DNA from: an uncultured Armatimonadetes bacterium
GTDB lineage: Bacteria > Armatimonadota > UBA5829 > DTJY01
Assembly: GCA_963717145.1 (NCBI GenBank)
Contig: OY970325.1
Coordinates: forward strand, 1,024,001 to 1,088,000
Length of the DNA stretch: 64,000 nucleotides
Direction: 5' to 3'
Below, piece by piece: positions 51,120 to 61,806 of this stretch. Numbering within the stretch: position 1 is the first letter of the stretch; each line of letters opens with the position of its first letter. The position numbers and the translations under genes were made by a program. The notes under the pieces were generated by a model. That model did not search any database. It was not told the DNA's origin and saw only the letters and a list, made by a program, of their open reading frames with translations.

Positions 51120-52946
51120 TTGCGTACAATTCTGCTGACGGCCACGGCGCTTATGCTTCTGGGTAGCCTGTCGGCCGCCGGGCAACCCCAGTTCACCGCC
51201 GTCCTGAGCGTGGAGAAAGCCCAGGACGGCACGGCGTATGTCGTCCTGAATGGCAGGAAGGCCATCCAGCTCCAGAAGTCGAACGGCTCGCTGGGACCGG
51301 CGGAACGGGCCGGGATCATCGCCCAGCGACTGTCTGCGCTGCTTCCGAGGCTCACGGACATGAAGGCGATCGAGAGCAAGGATTCAGGAAAGGATGGTCA
51401 TCTCATCGTCAGCGGGGTGCTGGTCGCCATCGCCACGCCGGAGGAGGCGAAGGCAAGAGGAATGACCACCTCGAAGCTCGCCGCGATGTGGGCCGAGAAC
51501 CTGCGCAAGCTGCTCTCCGAGCCGCCGATCACCGTTGAGCCCGCGAGCTTGCTCATCCCTCTCGGAGAGAAGCGCGTGCTCTCCGTCAAGGCGTTCATAC
51601 CCGGCGACATCAGCGCCGAGGTCTCGAATGGCGCCGTCATCAGCGCCGATTCCTCCGTCAAGGTGGGCTCGCTCGTGGTACAGGGACTGGCGGTCGGCGA
51701 CGCAGCGATCAGGATCCGATGCGCCGGACGTGACGTGTCCGTGCCCGTGTCTGTCAAGAAGTATGCGGCTACCGTATGCGGCATCGCGAAGGCGGCGATC
51801 ACAGGCCGGAACGCGCCGATCAGCCTGTTGAACAAGGCCGTGCGGGACGTCGTCAGCTCGATCGTCACGACCGAGCCGGGAGCCTGCATAGGGCGGATCG
51901 AAGTACCGAAGTCAGCCCACGTTCCGTCGCCGGGATTCACCTCTCAGGTCACGATGATGGTCGAGGCGGCGGGTCAGGGCTACATCCCTGCGCGGCTCCC
52001 GGCACAGGTGGAGGTAGAGAATCGGCGTATGCCCGCGGTTGATTCGGGCGAGATCTGGTTCAGCAACTCCCCGGAAACCGTCAGGAAGTACGCTGTGCTC
52101 TTCACCGGGAGGCTGGCGACCTCCGAGGAATCTACTCGGCTCCTCTACCATCATTACAACGACATGTCCGAGTGCATGGGTTTCGTGATCGACGTGATCA
52201 ACCCATCGACGCAGCCCGCGGAACTCCACGTGATCGAGGGCCTCTCAGCGCCTATGGCCGACGTCGTGATCGTCGGGTACGTCGCAGGCAAGGAGTTCAT
52301 CAACAGCCACCAGGCGAACATCGGGCGGATATTCACTCTTCCGCCGGGAACGCGGCGGGTGCTCGTCAGCCAGGCGGTTCAGCATCCGAAGACTGCGAGC
52401 GGCATCATGGAGTTCCGACAGCTCTCAGGCGAGCCGCTCATAGTAAGGCTGGTCGCAAAGCCCGAGCATCAGCGGCTCTCGGACGACCCGCCGGACGTGG
52501 ATATGCCACTGATGAGCTTCGATGAGACGCGTATTATCAGCTCGGACGGTGTCTTCCCGCGACCCAAAGAGACCATGGAGGCCACCTACACCGTTGGAAA
52601 GCAGTGGGCTTTCATACGACTCGGCAAGACTCCGATCAAGCATGCCACGCTCGACAAGTCACTGTTCGCGTTCGGGATTACCTACGATGTCAACGTAACC
52701 CTCGTGAATCCCAGTGAGCAGGACCGCACGGTCGAGGTGCTTTTCGAGGCGACCGCGGGACCCGCGGCGGGCGTCTTTCTGCTCGACGGCAAGTATGCCG
52801 AGGTGAAGCGACTCGGCCCGCCGGACGAGCGCCTGATCGGGAGCTACCTCGTTCGTGCGGGGAAGACGAGGACGGTGGACATCCGCACGATTCCGCTTTC
52901 CGGCTCGGCATACCCGGCAACCATCATCATCCGTGCGGCGAAGTAG
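51120..52946 (+). CDS. Secreted hypothetical protein (Ig-like segment; FSNSPE motif)
   Basis: 608-aa ORF with signal peptide and host-like codon usage. Confidence 0.7.
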   Translation: MRTILLTATALMLLGSLSAAGQPQFTAVLSVEKAQDGTAYVVLNGRKAIQLQKSNGSLGPAERAGIIAQRLSALLPRLTDMKAIESKDSGKDGHLIVSGVLVAIATPEEAKARGMTTSKLAAMWAENLRKLLSEPPITVEPASLLIPLGEKRVLSVKAFIPGDISAEVSNGAVISADSSVKVGSLVVQGLAVGDAAIRIRCAGRDVSVPVSVKKYAATVCGIAKAAITGRNAPISLLNKAVRDVVSSIVTTEPGACIGRIEVPKSAHVPSPGFTSQVTMMVEAAGQGYIPARLPAQVEVENRRMPAVDSGEIWFSNSPETVRKYAVLFTGRLATSEESTRLLYHHYNDMSECMGFVIDVINPSTQPAELHVIEGLSAPMADVVIVGYVAGKEFINSHQANIGRIFTLPPGTRRVLVSQAVQHPKTASGIMEFRQLSGEPLIVRLVAKPEHQRLSDDPPDVDMPLMSFDETRIISSDGVFPRPKETMEATYTVGKQWAFIRLGKTPIKHATLDKSLFAFGITYDVNVTLVNPSEQDRTVEVLFEATAGPAAGVFLLDGKYAEVKRLGPPDERLIGSYLVRAGKTRTVDIRTIPLSGSAYPATIIIRAAK

Positions 52947-52949
52947 ACA

Positions 52950-54158
52950 ATGACACTCGAGCAGGGAAGAGTCCTGTGGTGCGACGCCGAGGCGAACTGC
53001 CACCGTCTGGCCGACCGGGAAGGTGTCGTGCGAATGGTCGAGAAGGCCAGGCGCGCGCGGATCAACACGCTGGTCGTTGACGTGAAGCCGCTCATCGGGG
53101 AGGTTCTCTACAAGAGCAAGATCGCGCCCCGACTCGGCGAAGTTAAGGGCTTCACATACCCCGCGGATTTCGATCTCCTGCAGGCGATGGTCGAGGAGGG
53201 GCACGCCGCCGGGCTCAAGGTCCATGCGAACATCAACGTCTTTTCCGAGGGACACCGCCAGTTCATGCGCGGACCCGGGTTCGCAAAGCCCGACTGGCAA
53301 GTCGTTCTCCAGGAGCCGGACGATTCGGGCAACCCGGTCTTTCGGCGAATGGCCGACTCGAAGACGGCATCTTTCGGCCTGCTCGTGAACCCGATCGGAC
53401 CGGCGCGCGAGTACGAACTGTCGATCATCCGCGAGATCATGGAGGGCTACGAAGTAGACGGCATCATCTTCGACCGAATGCGCTATCCGAACCTCCAGGG
53501 CGACTTCAGCGATCTGAGCCGCGAGCGGTTCACTACCTGGCTCGGGGTCGATCATGTCACCTGGCCAGACGACGTGTTCCGAGCCGGAGAACGGATCATC
53601 GAGGGCAGGTACTACCACGAGTGGCTCGAATGGCGCGCTCTGCAGATCAAGGACTTCGCCACGGAGGCCGCCGCGCTCAGTCGATCGATCCGGCCTAATG
53701 CCAAGGTGTCGGTCTACGTCGGCTCGTGGTACGAGGGCTACTACCACGAAGGCGTGAACTGGGGCAGCGTTCAGTATCATGCGGGATCCTCCTGGATGAC
53801 TTCGACGTATAATCAGACGGGGATCGCCGAGCTGTTCGATTTCATGTGTACAGGGTGCTACTACCCGATCGCAACCCGCGAGGAGGCTCGTCGGCTCGGT
53901 AAGCCCCAGGGAGCGACCGTCGAGGCGGCGTGCGATCAGTCTCGCAGGGCGATCATGGACGCATGCCCGTTCTATGGCAGCCTCTACCTGCGAGACTACG
54001 CCGCGAATCCCGAGGGATTTGCGGGGGCGATCAGGGCCTCGACGGAGAATAGCGATGGGGTGATGCTCTTCGACCTGGTCTACCTCGAGGACTACGAGTG
54101 GTGGCCTCTCATCGAAGGAATCTTCTCGGAGGATGCGGTAGCTCCACATGACACGTAA
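52950..54158 (+). CDS. GHL10-family glycosyl hydrolase
   Basis: INTLVVDVKP, EGHAAGLKVHA, YEVDGIIFDRMRY. Confidence 0.8.
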   Translation: MTLEQGRVLWCDAEANCHRLADREGVVRMVEKARRARINTLVVDVKPLIGEVLYKSKIAPRLGEVKGFTYPADFDLLQAMVEEGHAAGLKVHANINVFSEGHRQFMRGPGFAKPDWQVVLQEPDDSGNPVFRRMADSKTASFGLLVNPIGPAREYELSIIREIMEGYEVDGIIFDRMRYPNLQGDFSDLSRERFTTWLGVDHVTWPDDVFRAGERIIEGRYYHEWLEWRALQIKDFATEAAALSRSIRPNAKVSVYVGSWYEGYYHEGVNWGSVQYHAGSSWMTSTYNQTGIAELFDFMCTGCYYPIATREEARRLGKPQGATVEAACDQSRRAIMDACPFYGSLYLRDYAANPEGFAGAIRASTENSDGVMLFDLVYLEDYEWWPLIEGIFSEDAVAPHDT

Positions 54159-55539
54159 CCTGAGAAACCTGATTCCGCTGGTCGCCGTTCTCGCAATCGC
54201 GAGCTTCTCCTCCGCAGACGACCTCACGGAGACGTGCCGCATACGCGTCACCAACAGCGTGGACGGCACCGTGCAGGTCAGCGTCGACAAGGGCAAGACA
54301 TACTCCACGGTGGGCCGAGTCACGCGCCCGGCTTCACGCTGTACCCAGGGTTTCGCCGCGAGCGGGTATGCCGAGGCCGGAAGGATAACGGCCACCGCCG
54401 TTCACGCCATCCGCATCAAGTCGCCCAGTTCGGACAGCATCCCTCAGGTGTTCAGCATCATCCCGCGCGAATTCGCCGTTCCGGGAGTCGGATTCGGCAC
54501 CGGCGAGGTCGCGGGCGCGTCCGGTATATACACGGACATCCCCGCCGGAACCGCCATCTTCCGTAACCTCTCACCTCTCGTCGGCAATCCGGTCCTACTG
54601 GAGAAAGAAGCGGCACTTCGCGTACTCCCGGTGAACTACAGCCCGTCTCCCGGCGACACGCTGGTCATACTGGCCCAGGTTCACGACGATCAGCCCGATG
54701 AGCTGGTCATCGAGAACCGCAGAGGTGGAAGTGTCGTGGCAGTTTACCCCGACCACACAGACATCATCGCCACTGTGGAACACCCTGTGCGCGGGATCGG
54801 TCGGTTCGACGCCACCGAATTCACCGGGGTGGGGTGCATCAACACGAATCATCCCGGCTGCATCACCGTGTCAACCGCGCCTGTGCTCAGGAATGGGAAA
54901 GGGAGCATTGAGCCGCGAGGAGGATTCCAGATTCTCCCGTCCAAACACGCATATCGGATCGGCTTCATACCGCAGTACATGGTCGTCGGTCCCGCCACGA
55001 CGGATTCACCCGCTCTTGAGGGATCGCCGCTCCTCTTCTCGGAGTATATCGGACTGGCGTTCGATCCGATCTCACCGGCGAACTCGTTTCGGGTTGACGT
55101 GCGGGTTGGCGGCGGGGACTGGCGGCCTCTGCCGACCTTGATCGGCAAGGATGACGACGCCCTGACTGATCTCGATGGCAGCGGCGTCACGCACATCCGC
55201 CTCCGGTTCCCCAAGAGGTCGGAGCAGTGGATCCAGCGCCAACTCGGAGCTGCGTCCGATGATTACATAAGGCGCAGGTATGAGGGCAGACCGCCGGCGT
55301 CCGGAATCCTGCGTTTCTCTCTCGAGGGAGGCGACCTCACCGAAGTGCGTCTGGCGTCACTCTACGTGGACGGCCAGTTTCGGGGACTGAGCACCTCCTG
55401 GCCTTACGCCTTCAACGTTGACACCGGGAAGCTCCCTCCAGGCGAGCATTCGGTGGAGATCCGTGGCGCAGACGAGACCGGCTTCGTGGCGAAAACCTCG
55501 AAGAAGCTATTCTACACGATCAGACTCATTTGTGATTGA
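54148..55539 (+). CDS. Secreted hypothetical protein with C-terminal Ig-like domain
   Basis: Signal peptide; ATAVHAIRI, GIGRFDA, INTNHPG; YVDG...PYAFNVDT.KL..GEH. Confidence 0.7.
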   Translation: MTRNLRNLIPLVAVLAIASFSSADDLTETCRIRVTNSVDGTVQVSVDKGKTYSTVGRVTRPASRCTQGFAASGYAEAGRITATAVHAIRIKSPSSDSIPQVFSIIPREFAVPGVGFGTGEVAGASGIYTDIPAGTAIFRNLSPLVGNPVLLEKEAALRVLPVNYSPSPGDTLVILAQVHDDQPDELVIENRRGGSVVAVYPDHTDIIATVEHPVRGIGRFDATEFTGVGCINTNHPGCITVSTAPVLRNGKGSIEPRGGFQILPSKHAYRIGFIPQYMVVGPATTDSPALEGSPLLFSEYIGLAFDPISPANSFRVDVRVGGGDWRPLPTLIGKDDDALTDLDGSGVTHIRLRFPKRSEQWIQRQLGAASDDYIRRRYEGRPPASGILRFSLEGGDLTEVRLASLYVDGQFRGLSTSWPYAFNVDTGKLPPGEHSVEIRGADETGFVAKTSKKLFYTIRLICD

Positions 55540-55573
55540 CCTGTGACCGATCGGCAGTTATAATGGAGCCATT

Positions 55574-56464
55574 ATGGACAGACGATCAGCTTTCATCTCA
55601 GTCGTTCTTATCGTTGCCGCCGCCCTGTTGCCGGCGGCGTCGGGCTTTGCTCAGGGTAGCCAGTCGAACGGGTTTGTGCTGGCACATGTGATGAACCAGC
55701 GCGACACCGTCACGTATAAGATCACACAGCAGTTGGCCGGCTCACGAACGCTCCCCGGGGCGTCGCAGGCTGTTCCGATGGACTGCACGCTCACCTCGAC
55801 GGTGCGCCTGCGTCTCGTCAAGGCGCTCGGCGATGGCAATATCGAAGTTGCCGCCGAGACCCAGTCCGCGACTCTCAAGCTTGCCGGCAAAGATCCGCGC
55901 AATATTCCGGCCTCCAAGGAAGTCCGGATCTATCGGATCACCCCCTCGGGCAAGCCCGTCGAGACCACCAAGGGCGACAAGGTCGAGGCCAAGCCAGTAA
56001 CGCGGTCTCTGCTCGACTCAGCGTGGATCGAGCCCCTCGTCCTCCTGGCGGTCTTCCCCGACACGGCGGTCTCCAAGGGTTCCGACTGGACACTCGAGAT
56101 CGCCAATCCGCTCAAGACCGACGACAAGTCAAAGATCTCCGCCAAGCTTGAGGACGTGAAGCAGGCCAAGGAGGGCTGGATCGCTACCATCAAGGAGACG
56201 CTAGCCCTGCCCACGGGTCAGACCTCGGACGACAATCCAATCGTGCCGGGCAGCCGGATACAAGGGGAGTTAACCCTGAAGTACCTCTCCGAAGCAGGCC
56301 GGCTCTTCGCGGCTGAGGGTGCTGTGACAGCGTATGCACGGACACAGATGGGAGTGCCGGGTCTGCCAAAGGGAGACCTCCCGATGGGGTCCGCCACAGG
56401 CATGAAGGTGGAAGAGCTAAGCAGCAAGTTCACGGTCGAGACCGTCCCGCCTGCCCAGAAGTAG
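55574..56464 (+). CDS. Secreted hypothetical protein
   Basis: GGAG RBS, signal peptide, FPDTAVSKGSDW. Confidence 0.65.
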   Translation: MDRRSAFISVVLIVAAALLPAASGFAQGSQSNGFVLAHVMNQRDTVTYKITQQLAGSRTLPGASQAVPMDCTLTSTVRLRLVKALGDGNIEVAAETQSATLKLAGKDPRNIPASKEVRIYRITPSGKPVETTKGDKVEAKPVTRSLLDSAWIEPLVLLAVFPDTAVSKGSDWTLEIANPLKTDDKSKISAKLEDVKQAKEGWIATIKETLALPTGQTSDDNPIVPGSRIQGELTLKYLSEAGRLFAAEGAVTAYARTQMGVPGLPKGDLPMGSATGMKVEELSSKFTVETVPPAQK

Positions 56465-56547
56465 GGGGCTGCGGATCTGTCACATCTTGCGCAACGTAGT
56501 GGCCGTGGCTCAGTCCCGGCCATTTTCTTGAATGGGGGAAGACACCT

Positions 56548-57315
56548 ATGCCTGGCGAAGCCGTGGCGATTGCATTCGGCGCAGCCCTTGGCGGCGCATT
56601 GTTCGGAATACTCATCGGCATCGTCTTCCACCGCATCGTCGGCGCCTACATCGAAGGCGGAATCGGTCCATACGGATGCATCGTGGTGGGGGGGCTATTC
56701 CTCGTCCTGGCAGGCGCGGTCGTCGTGTTCCATTCGTGGCCGCTACTCGTCCTTATGGTGCTGCTTGTCGCTCTGAGCCCTCTGCTCCGGCGCCGTGTCG
56801 AGAAGCTCGAGGATCGCAGATACTACGACGAGCGCATCAGAGAATGCGTCGAGGCTCTCGATGCCGACCCGAAGAACCTCGCGGCTCGGAGCCGTCTTGC
56901 GGAATCCCTTCACAGGGAGGGACGGCTCGACGAGGCCATCGAGCAGTACTCCGACCTCTTGCGCATCTCCCCAGGCGATCGCGAAGAGGCCTACAAGCTC
57001 AAGCAGCTCATCCAAGAGCGTGACGAGCGACGCGACCCTCTCATCACGTGCCCGAGATGTGGGCGAAGGAACCCCAAGAGCCGGCTCTACTGCGTCGGTT
57101 GTGAGGCAAGCCTCGCGACCGGCGACAGGATGAAGCAATGGCTGGAGGGAGCATCCGGCAAGCAGCTTATCCGATTGGCCTCGATTGCAGCCGGATGCAC
57201 TGTGGTCATCCTCTTCCTGGGCAGCCTGCTCTCTCCGACGGGAAAGCTCATCGCCATGTTGATCACGCTGGCGATCCTCGGCATTGCCTTCATTGTCAAC
57301 ACCTACATGAACTGA
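56548..57315 (+). CDS. Membrane protein with TPR and zinc ribbon
   Basis: TM helices, DPKNLAARSRLAESL TPR, CPRC-x10-CVGC. Confidence 0.75.
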   Translation: MPGEAVAIAFGAALGGALFGILIGIVFHRIVGAYIEGGIGPYGCIVVGGLFLVLAGAVVVFHSWPLLVLMVLLVALSPLLRRRVEKLEDRRYYDERIRECVEALDADPKNLAARSRLAESLHREGRLDEAIEQYSDLLRISPGDREEAYKLKQLIQERDERRDPLITCPRCGRRNPKSRLYCVGCEASLATGDRMKQWLEGASGKQLIRLASIAAGCTVVILFLGSLLSPTGKLIAMLITLAILGIAFIVNTYMN

Positions 57316-57323
57316 TGCGCTGA

Positions 57324-57398
57324 CGCCCTTTGGAGTGCGGTGGCTTGACACCGCTTTTCCCTCGAGAGCGGTGTCAAGCCACCGCACTCCAAAGGGCG
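57324..57398. repeat. GGAG-type REPIN palindrome
   Basis: CGCCCTTTGGAGTGCGGTGGCTTGACACCGCT ... AGCGGTGTCAAGCCACCGCACTCCAAAGGGCG. Confidence 0.8.
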
Positions 57399-57569
57399 CG
57401 ACGCATCAGTCTGTTTATGCGATCTGCATTGCGGGTACACAGGAACCGTGAACAGAACCATCAGAACAATCGCGTCGATCCTTGCGCAAGTCATACCGGA
57501 TTCCCTCAGGTACCCTCACGCGTCCATGCTGCGATCCCATACTTGGTTACCGCTGAAAGGAGAGAAGCC

Positions 57570-58097
57570 ATGAGTCGCATCAATGAAAGGGAGAAGGAAA
57601 AGGATAAGGTCGTTCCCATCAGAAACCACGTTGCCAACTACGGCGACCCGTATCTGCTTCAGATGAAGCCCGAGGAAGCCGCAATGTGCCGCGAGTGCAA
57701 GGCCGTCTTCGTGTGCGGAAGGTGGCAGCTTCACGAGCAGGCGACCGATGATCTAAAGAAGGCTAACAAGGTCATCGAGACGCTGTGCCCCGCATGTCAG
57801 AAGACACGCGACCGCCAGCCGGGAGGGATCGTCACTCTCACCGGCGGGTTCATCAAGGAGCATGAGACCGAGATAATCAACCTCATCGATCACGAGAATC
57901 GCGAGGCCATGGGAATCAACCCTCTCGAACGGATCATGGACATCGAGCGGTCGGATTCCGGCCTCACGATATATACCACAAACGAGAAGCTGGCTCAGAA
58001 GATCGGGCGTTCGATCCACAAGGCATACGCAGGAGAGGTTGAGTACAAGTGGTCGGAGGACACGAAGCTCGTACGGGTCAACTGGCACAGAGAATAG
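57570..58097 (+). CDS. BCAM0308-like protein
   Basis: DPY, CREC.AV...GRW, CPAC, NPLERIM, TT.EKLA..IG, VNW.R. Confidence 0.75.
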   Translation: MSRINEREKEKDKVVPIRNHVANYGDPYLLQMKPEEAAMCRECKAVFVCGRWQLHEQATDDLKKANKVIETLCPACQKTRDRQPGGIVTLTGGFIKEHETEIINLIDHENREAMGINPLERIMDIERSDSGLTIYTTNEKLAQKIGRSIHKAYAGEVEYKWSEDTKLVRVNWHRE

Positions 58098-58113
58098 CCG
58101 AGGAGGTGCTGAT

Positions 58114-58476
58114 ATGTTCGAGACACTTCGCAAACTGATGTACATCGGTCTGGGGGCAGCCATGATGTCCCGCGACAAGGTTCAACAGGCGATTGATGAT
58201 ATGGTCAATCAGGGCGAGGTTTCCGCTGATGAAGGCCGCAAGCTCTATGAGGACATCATCAATCGTGCCGAGGAAGAAACCCGCGGCATGAACGATCGAA
58301 TCAAGAGTCAGATTCGCCAGTACCTGACCGAAGTCGGCGTGGCGGATCGCAGCCAGATCGAAGCACTGGGTCGCAGGATCGATGCTCTTGAAACTCGCAT
58401 AGATCAGCTCAGGGCCACCATGGATACGGAGGCCTGCTGCGTTGGGGCTGCGGAGTCAGAGGATAAGAACACCTAG
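58114..58476 (+). CDS. Phasin/PHA-regulator-like protein
   Basis: LRKLMYIGLGA...IDDMVNQGEVSADEGRK; coiled coil; GGAGG RBS. Confidence 0.75.
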   Translation: MFETLRKLMYIGLGAAMMSRDKVQQAIDDMVNQGEVSADEGRKLYEDIINRAEEETRGMNDRIKSQIRQYLTEVGVADRSQIEALGRRIDALETRIDQLRATMDTEACCVGAAESEDKNT

Positions 58477-58569
58477 CTCCACCAATCATGCCATTCTGAG
58501 CAGGATAGGCCCCACCGTCAGTCCTGAGTGCGCAGTGACCGCTCAGAATGACAACACTTCGGAGAACAC

Positions 58570-60226
58570 GTGGTATTTGCGAGACAGAGAAGGCATCTCG
58601 AGCGGTACATACAGATCGGCGGGGTGCTGGCCGCGCACGGCTGGCAGAACCTCGTCGCAAGAGTAGGCCTTGCCCGCCTCTTCGGCCTGCACGCGCACGG
58701 CACCGGCGCCGCGCCCGGTCCGGTTCAAGTCCGCCTTGCCCTGGAGGAACTGGGGCCGACGTTCATCAAGCTCGGCCAACTCCTTTCCACCAGGTCCGAT
58801 ATCATCCCCAAGGAGTACATCGAGGAACTCGAGAAGCTCCAGGAATCAGCGCCCCCGATGCCCATCGCTGCTGTCCACCAAGTCATCGAGGAGGAATTCG
58901 GGGAGCCTGCCCACGACCTTTTCGCCCATTTCGATTCAGTGCCACTCGGGTCGGCCTCGCTCGGGGAGACACACTCCGCTATCCTGCACGATGGACGATC
59001 GGTCGTCGTGAAGGTTCAGCGCCCGGGGATCCGAGGTGTCATCGACAACGACTTGGAGATCGTCGGCGGACTCGCTCGCTTCCTTGACAGCCACGTCGAG
59101 CAGCTTCGTGTGTTCGGGCTGCCGGATCTGGTGGAGGAATTCACTATCAGCCTTCACCACGAACTCGACTACACGCGTGAGGGGAGAAATGGCGATACCC
59201 TTCGCAAGAACTTACAGCAGCTCCACTGTGCCCGAGTGGCCGCGACTATCTGGGAGTTCACGACACCTCGCGTCCTCACGATGGATTGCATCTCCGGCAT
59301 CAAGATCACCGACACACAGCGACTGGACGTCGACGGCCATGACCGTCACGAGATTGCCGCGAATTTCGACGCGGATATTCTTCACGATGGTGTTGGTGGA
59401 CGGTTTCTTCCATGCGGACCCACATCCGGGCAACCTGGTGGTCGTCGAGGACAGCGTGATCGGCCTTCTCGACTACGGTATGGTCGGACGGCTGGACAGC
59501 CACCTGAAGGCCAGCGTGTTGATGCTGCTGGCCAACTACGTGCGGCAGGACGCCTACGGATTCAGTGAAGTGTTCCTGGACATCGGGACCGTCCCGTCGG
59601 ACCTGGACCGCAAGGAATACACTCAAGCGATGGATCGATTTCTCAGGCAGTACTACGATGCTCCTCTTCGCGAAGTTCAGATCGGGCAGATGCTGCAAAA
59701 TGCACTTCACATCAGCGCGAGATTCGGGGTCCGCCTGCCTTCGAGCCTGGCGCTGCTGGTGAAGGTCATCGTTCAGGCCGAGGGCATCACCAAGCAGCTC
59801 GAGGCGGAGTTCGACTTCACACAGGCGGCGCGGGAGTTTGTCACTCGAGCGCTCCGGGACGAGCTGAACCCTCACTCGATGGGGGCCAAGCTCATCGAGT
59901 CGATTCTGTCGTGGAAGAACCTGATCCTCGAACTCCCGCATCGAGCCTCTGATGTGCTGGAGCGAATGTCAAACGGAACCTTCCGAATAGCCTTTAAGCA
60001 CGAGGGTCTCGAGAATGCCATTCGTGACATCGACAAGTCGGCCAACCGCTTATCGTTTGCGCTGATGGTCTCAGCGATGATCATCGGTTCCTCTCTGATA
60101 CTTGCGGCGGGGATCGGTCCGGCGTATCGGGGGCTTCCGGTCATAGGCTTGATCGGTTTTGGGATTTCCTTCCTTTTCGCCGCCTGGTTGATGATTTCGA
60201 TTCTGCGCGCCGGCAAACTGTGGTAA
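58570..60226 (+). CDS. AarF/ABC1/UbiB kinase with a frameshift near 59365
   Basis: LGPTFIKLGQLLSTR, VVKVQRP, ELDY..E in frame 1; FFHADPHPGN and DYGMVG in the next frame. Confidence 0.88.
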
Positions 60227-60241
60227 TATGTAGGGGAAGTC

Positions 60242-60308
60242 TGTAGTGGCCGTGCCTCAGGGCCGGCCACGAGCGTTCCCAGGCCGGCGCTGAGGCACGG
60301 CCACTACA
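60242..60308. repeat. REPIN family B
   Basis: TGTAGTGGCCGTGCCTCAG...CTGAGGCACGGCCACTACA. Confidence 0.8.
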
Positions 60309-60319
60309 TCAGGTGACCA

Positions 60320-61729
60320 ATGACCGATTCAGCACAGGACACTCTGCGCCGTTTGCCGGCGGTCGATAAGCTGCTTAACGAGCCCTCGCTCATATCTCTG
60401 CAGGAGTCAGTCCCGAGAGCACTCGTCGTCCAGGCGGCTCGGACGGTGCTCGATGTTCTGCGTGAAGAGGTCAGAGCCGGCGGCGTCCTCGATGAAGCGG
60501 AGTTCTTGCCCGACCGTATCGTTGACGACGTCACGGATCTTGCTCGCAAGCTTGCCACACCCTCACTGCGCCGGGGCGTCAACGCGACCGGCATCATTCT
60601 GCACACGGGTCTGGGACGCGCGGTGCTCCCGGAGGCAGCTCGGTTCGCGATCGGGGAAGTGGCCGCCGGTCACTCGACGCTCGAAATCGATGTTGAGACG
60701 GGGGCAAGGGGCTCTCGGTCCGCGCACTACCGGCGGCTCCTGTGCGATCTGTGCGGCTCAGAGTCGGCGTTTGCGGTGAACAACAACGCCGGCGGGGTAC
60801 TGCTGGCGCTGAATACCCTGGCGGCGGGCCGGGAAGTGATCGTCTCGCGCGGCCAACTCGTCGAGATCGGCGGATCGTTCCGCATGCCGGACATCATGAC
60901 CCGAGCCGGGGTGCGCCTCGTCGAGGTCGGCACGACGAATCGCACGCGCATATCCGACTTCGAACAGGCCGTCACCGATGACACCGCCCTCCTGCTTCGA
61001 GTCCACCCCAGCAACTACCGGATACTGGGCTTCACCGAGGAGGCATCCCTGGAGCAGATGGTCGAACTCGGACAGCGATTCGGCATCCCCGTGATGGACG
61101 ACGTAGGCAGCGGCGCACTGATCGACTTGGCGCAGTACGGCCTCCAAAGTGAGCCATTGGTCCAGGAGAGCGTTCGTGCCGGGGCGGATATCGTCACCTT
61201 CAGTGGTGATAAGCTCCTCGGTGGACCTCAGGCGGGGCTGGTGGTCGGCAAACGGGAACCTGTGGACGCGATGTCGGGCAATCCGCTCGCACGGGCGTTG
61301 AGGCTCGACAAGCTCGCGCTCGCGGGACTCGAGGCGACGCTCAGGCTCTACCTTGATCCGGAGTCCGCCGTGCGGGAGATACCTGCTCTGCGAGCCATCA
61401 CGCGGCCACTCGCCGAGATCCAGGCCGCCGCCCTGGAACTGGCCCGGCGAATCGACGCCCTTGGGTTGGAAGGCGTCACAGCGCAGGTCGTAGATGGCAT
61501 GTCTCAGGTGGGAGGCGGCTCGCTCCCCGGCGAGGAGCTTCCATCCAGGCTGGTGGCGCTCACCTCACCGTCGTTACGCCCCGACGAGATCGCCCGGGGA
61601 TTCAGGCGCAGTTCCCCGCCGATCTTCGGTAGAGTGGGGGATGATCGGTTTCTCCTCGACCTCAGAACGGTGGGAGACGAAGAGATCGATGCGATAACCT
61701 CAGCCGCCGAATGTTTTTTCCGTCGCTGA
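60320..61729 (+). CDS. selA: L-seryl-tRNA(Sec) selenium transferase
   Basis: NATGIILHTGLGRA, VNNNA, SRGQLVEIGGSFR, EVGTTNRT, FSGDKLLGGPQAG. Confidence 0.96.
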   Translation: MTDSAQDTLRRLPAVDKLLNEPSLISLQESVPRALVVQAARTVLDVLREEVRAGGVLDEAEFLPDRIVDDVTDLARKLATPSLRRGVNATGIILHTGLGRAVLPEAARFAIGEVAAGHSTLEIDVETGARGSRSAHYRRLLCDLCGSESAFAVNNNAGGVLLALNTLAAGREVIVSRGQLVEIGGSFRMPDIMTRAGVRLVEVGTTNRTRISDFEQAVTDDTALLLRVHPSNYRILGFTEEASLEQMVELGQRFGIPVMDDVGSGALIDLAQYGLQSEPLVQESVRAGADIVTFSGDKLLGGPQAGLVVGKREPVDAMSGNPLARALRLDKLALAGLEATLRLYLDPESAVREIPALRAITRPLAEIQAAALELARRIDALGLEGVTAQVVDGMSQVGGGSLPGEELPSRLVALTSPSLRPDEIARGFRRSSPPIFGRVGDDRFLLDLRTVGDEEIDAITSAAECFFRR

Positions 61730-61806
61730 CCTTCTGCTCCGCACGCCTCAAGCCGATAATCAGAGTTGTATAACCTGGTCGTTGACCCCGGCAAGGAGGA
61801 TTTGCG

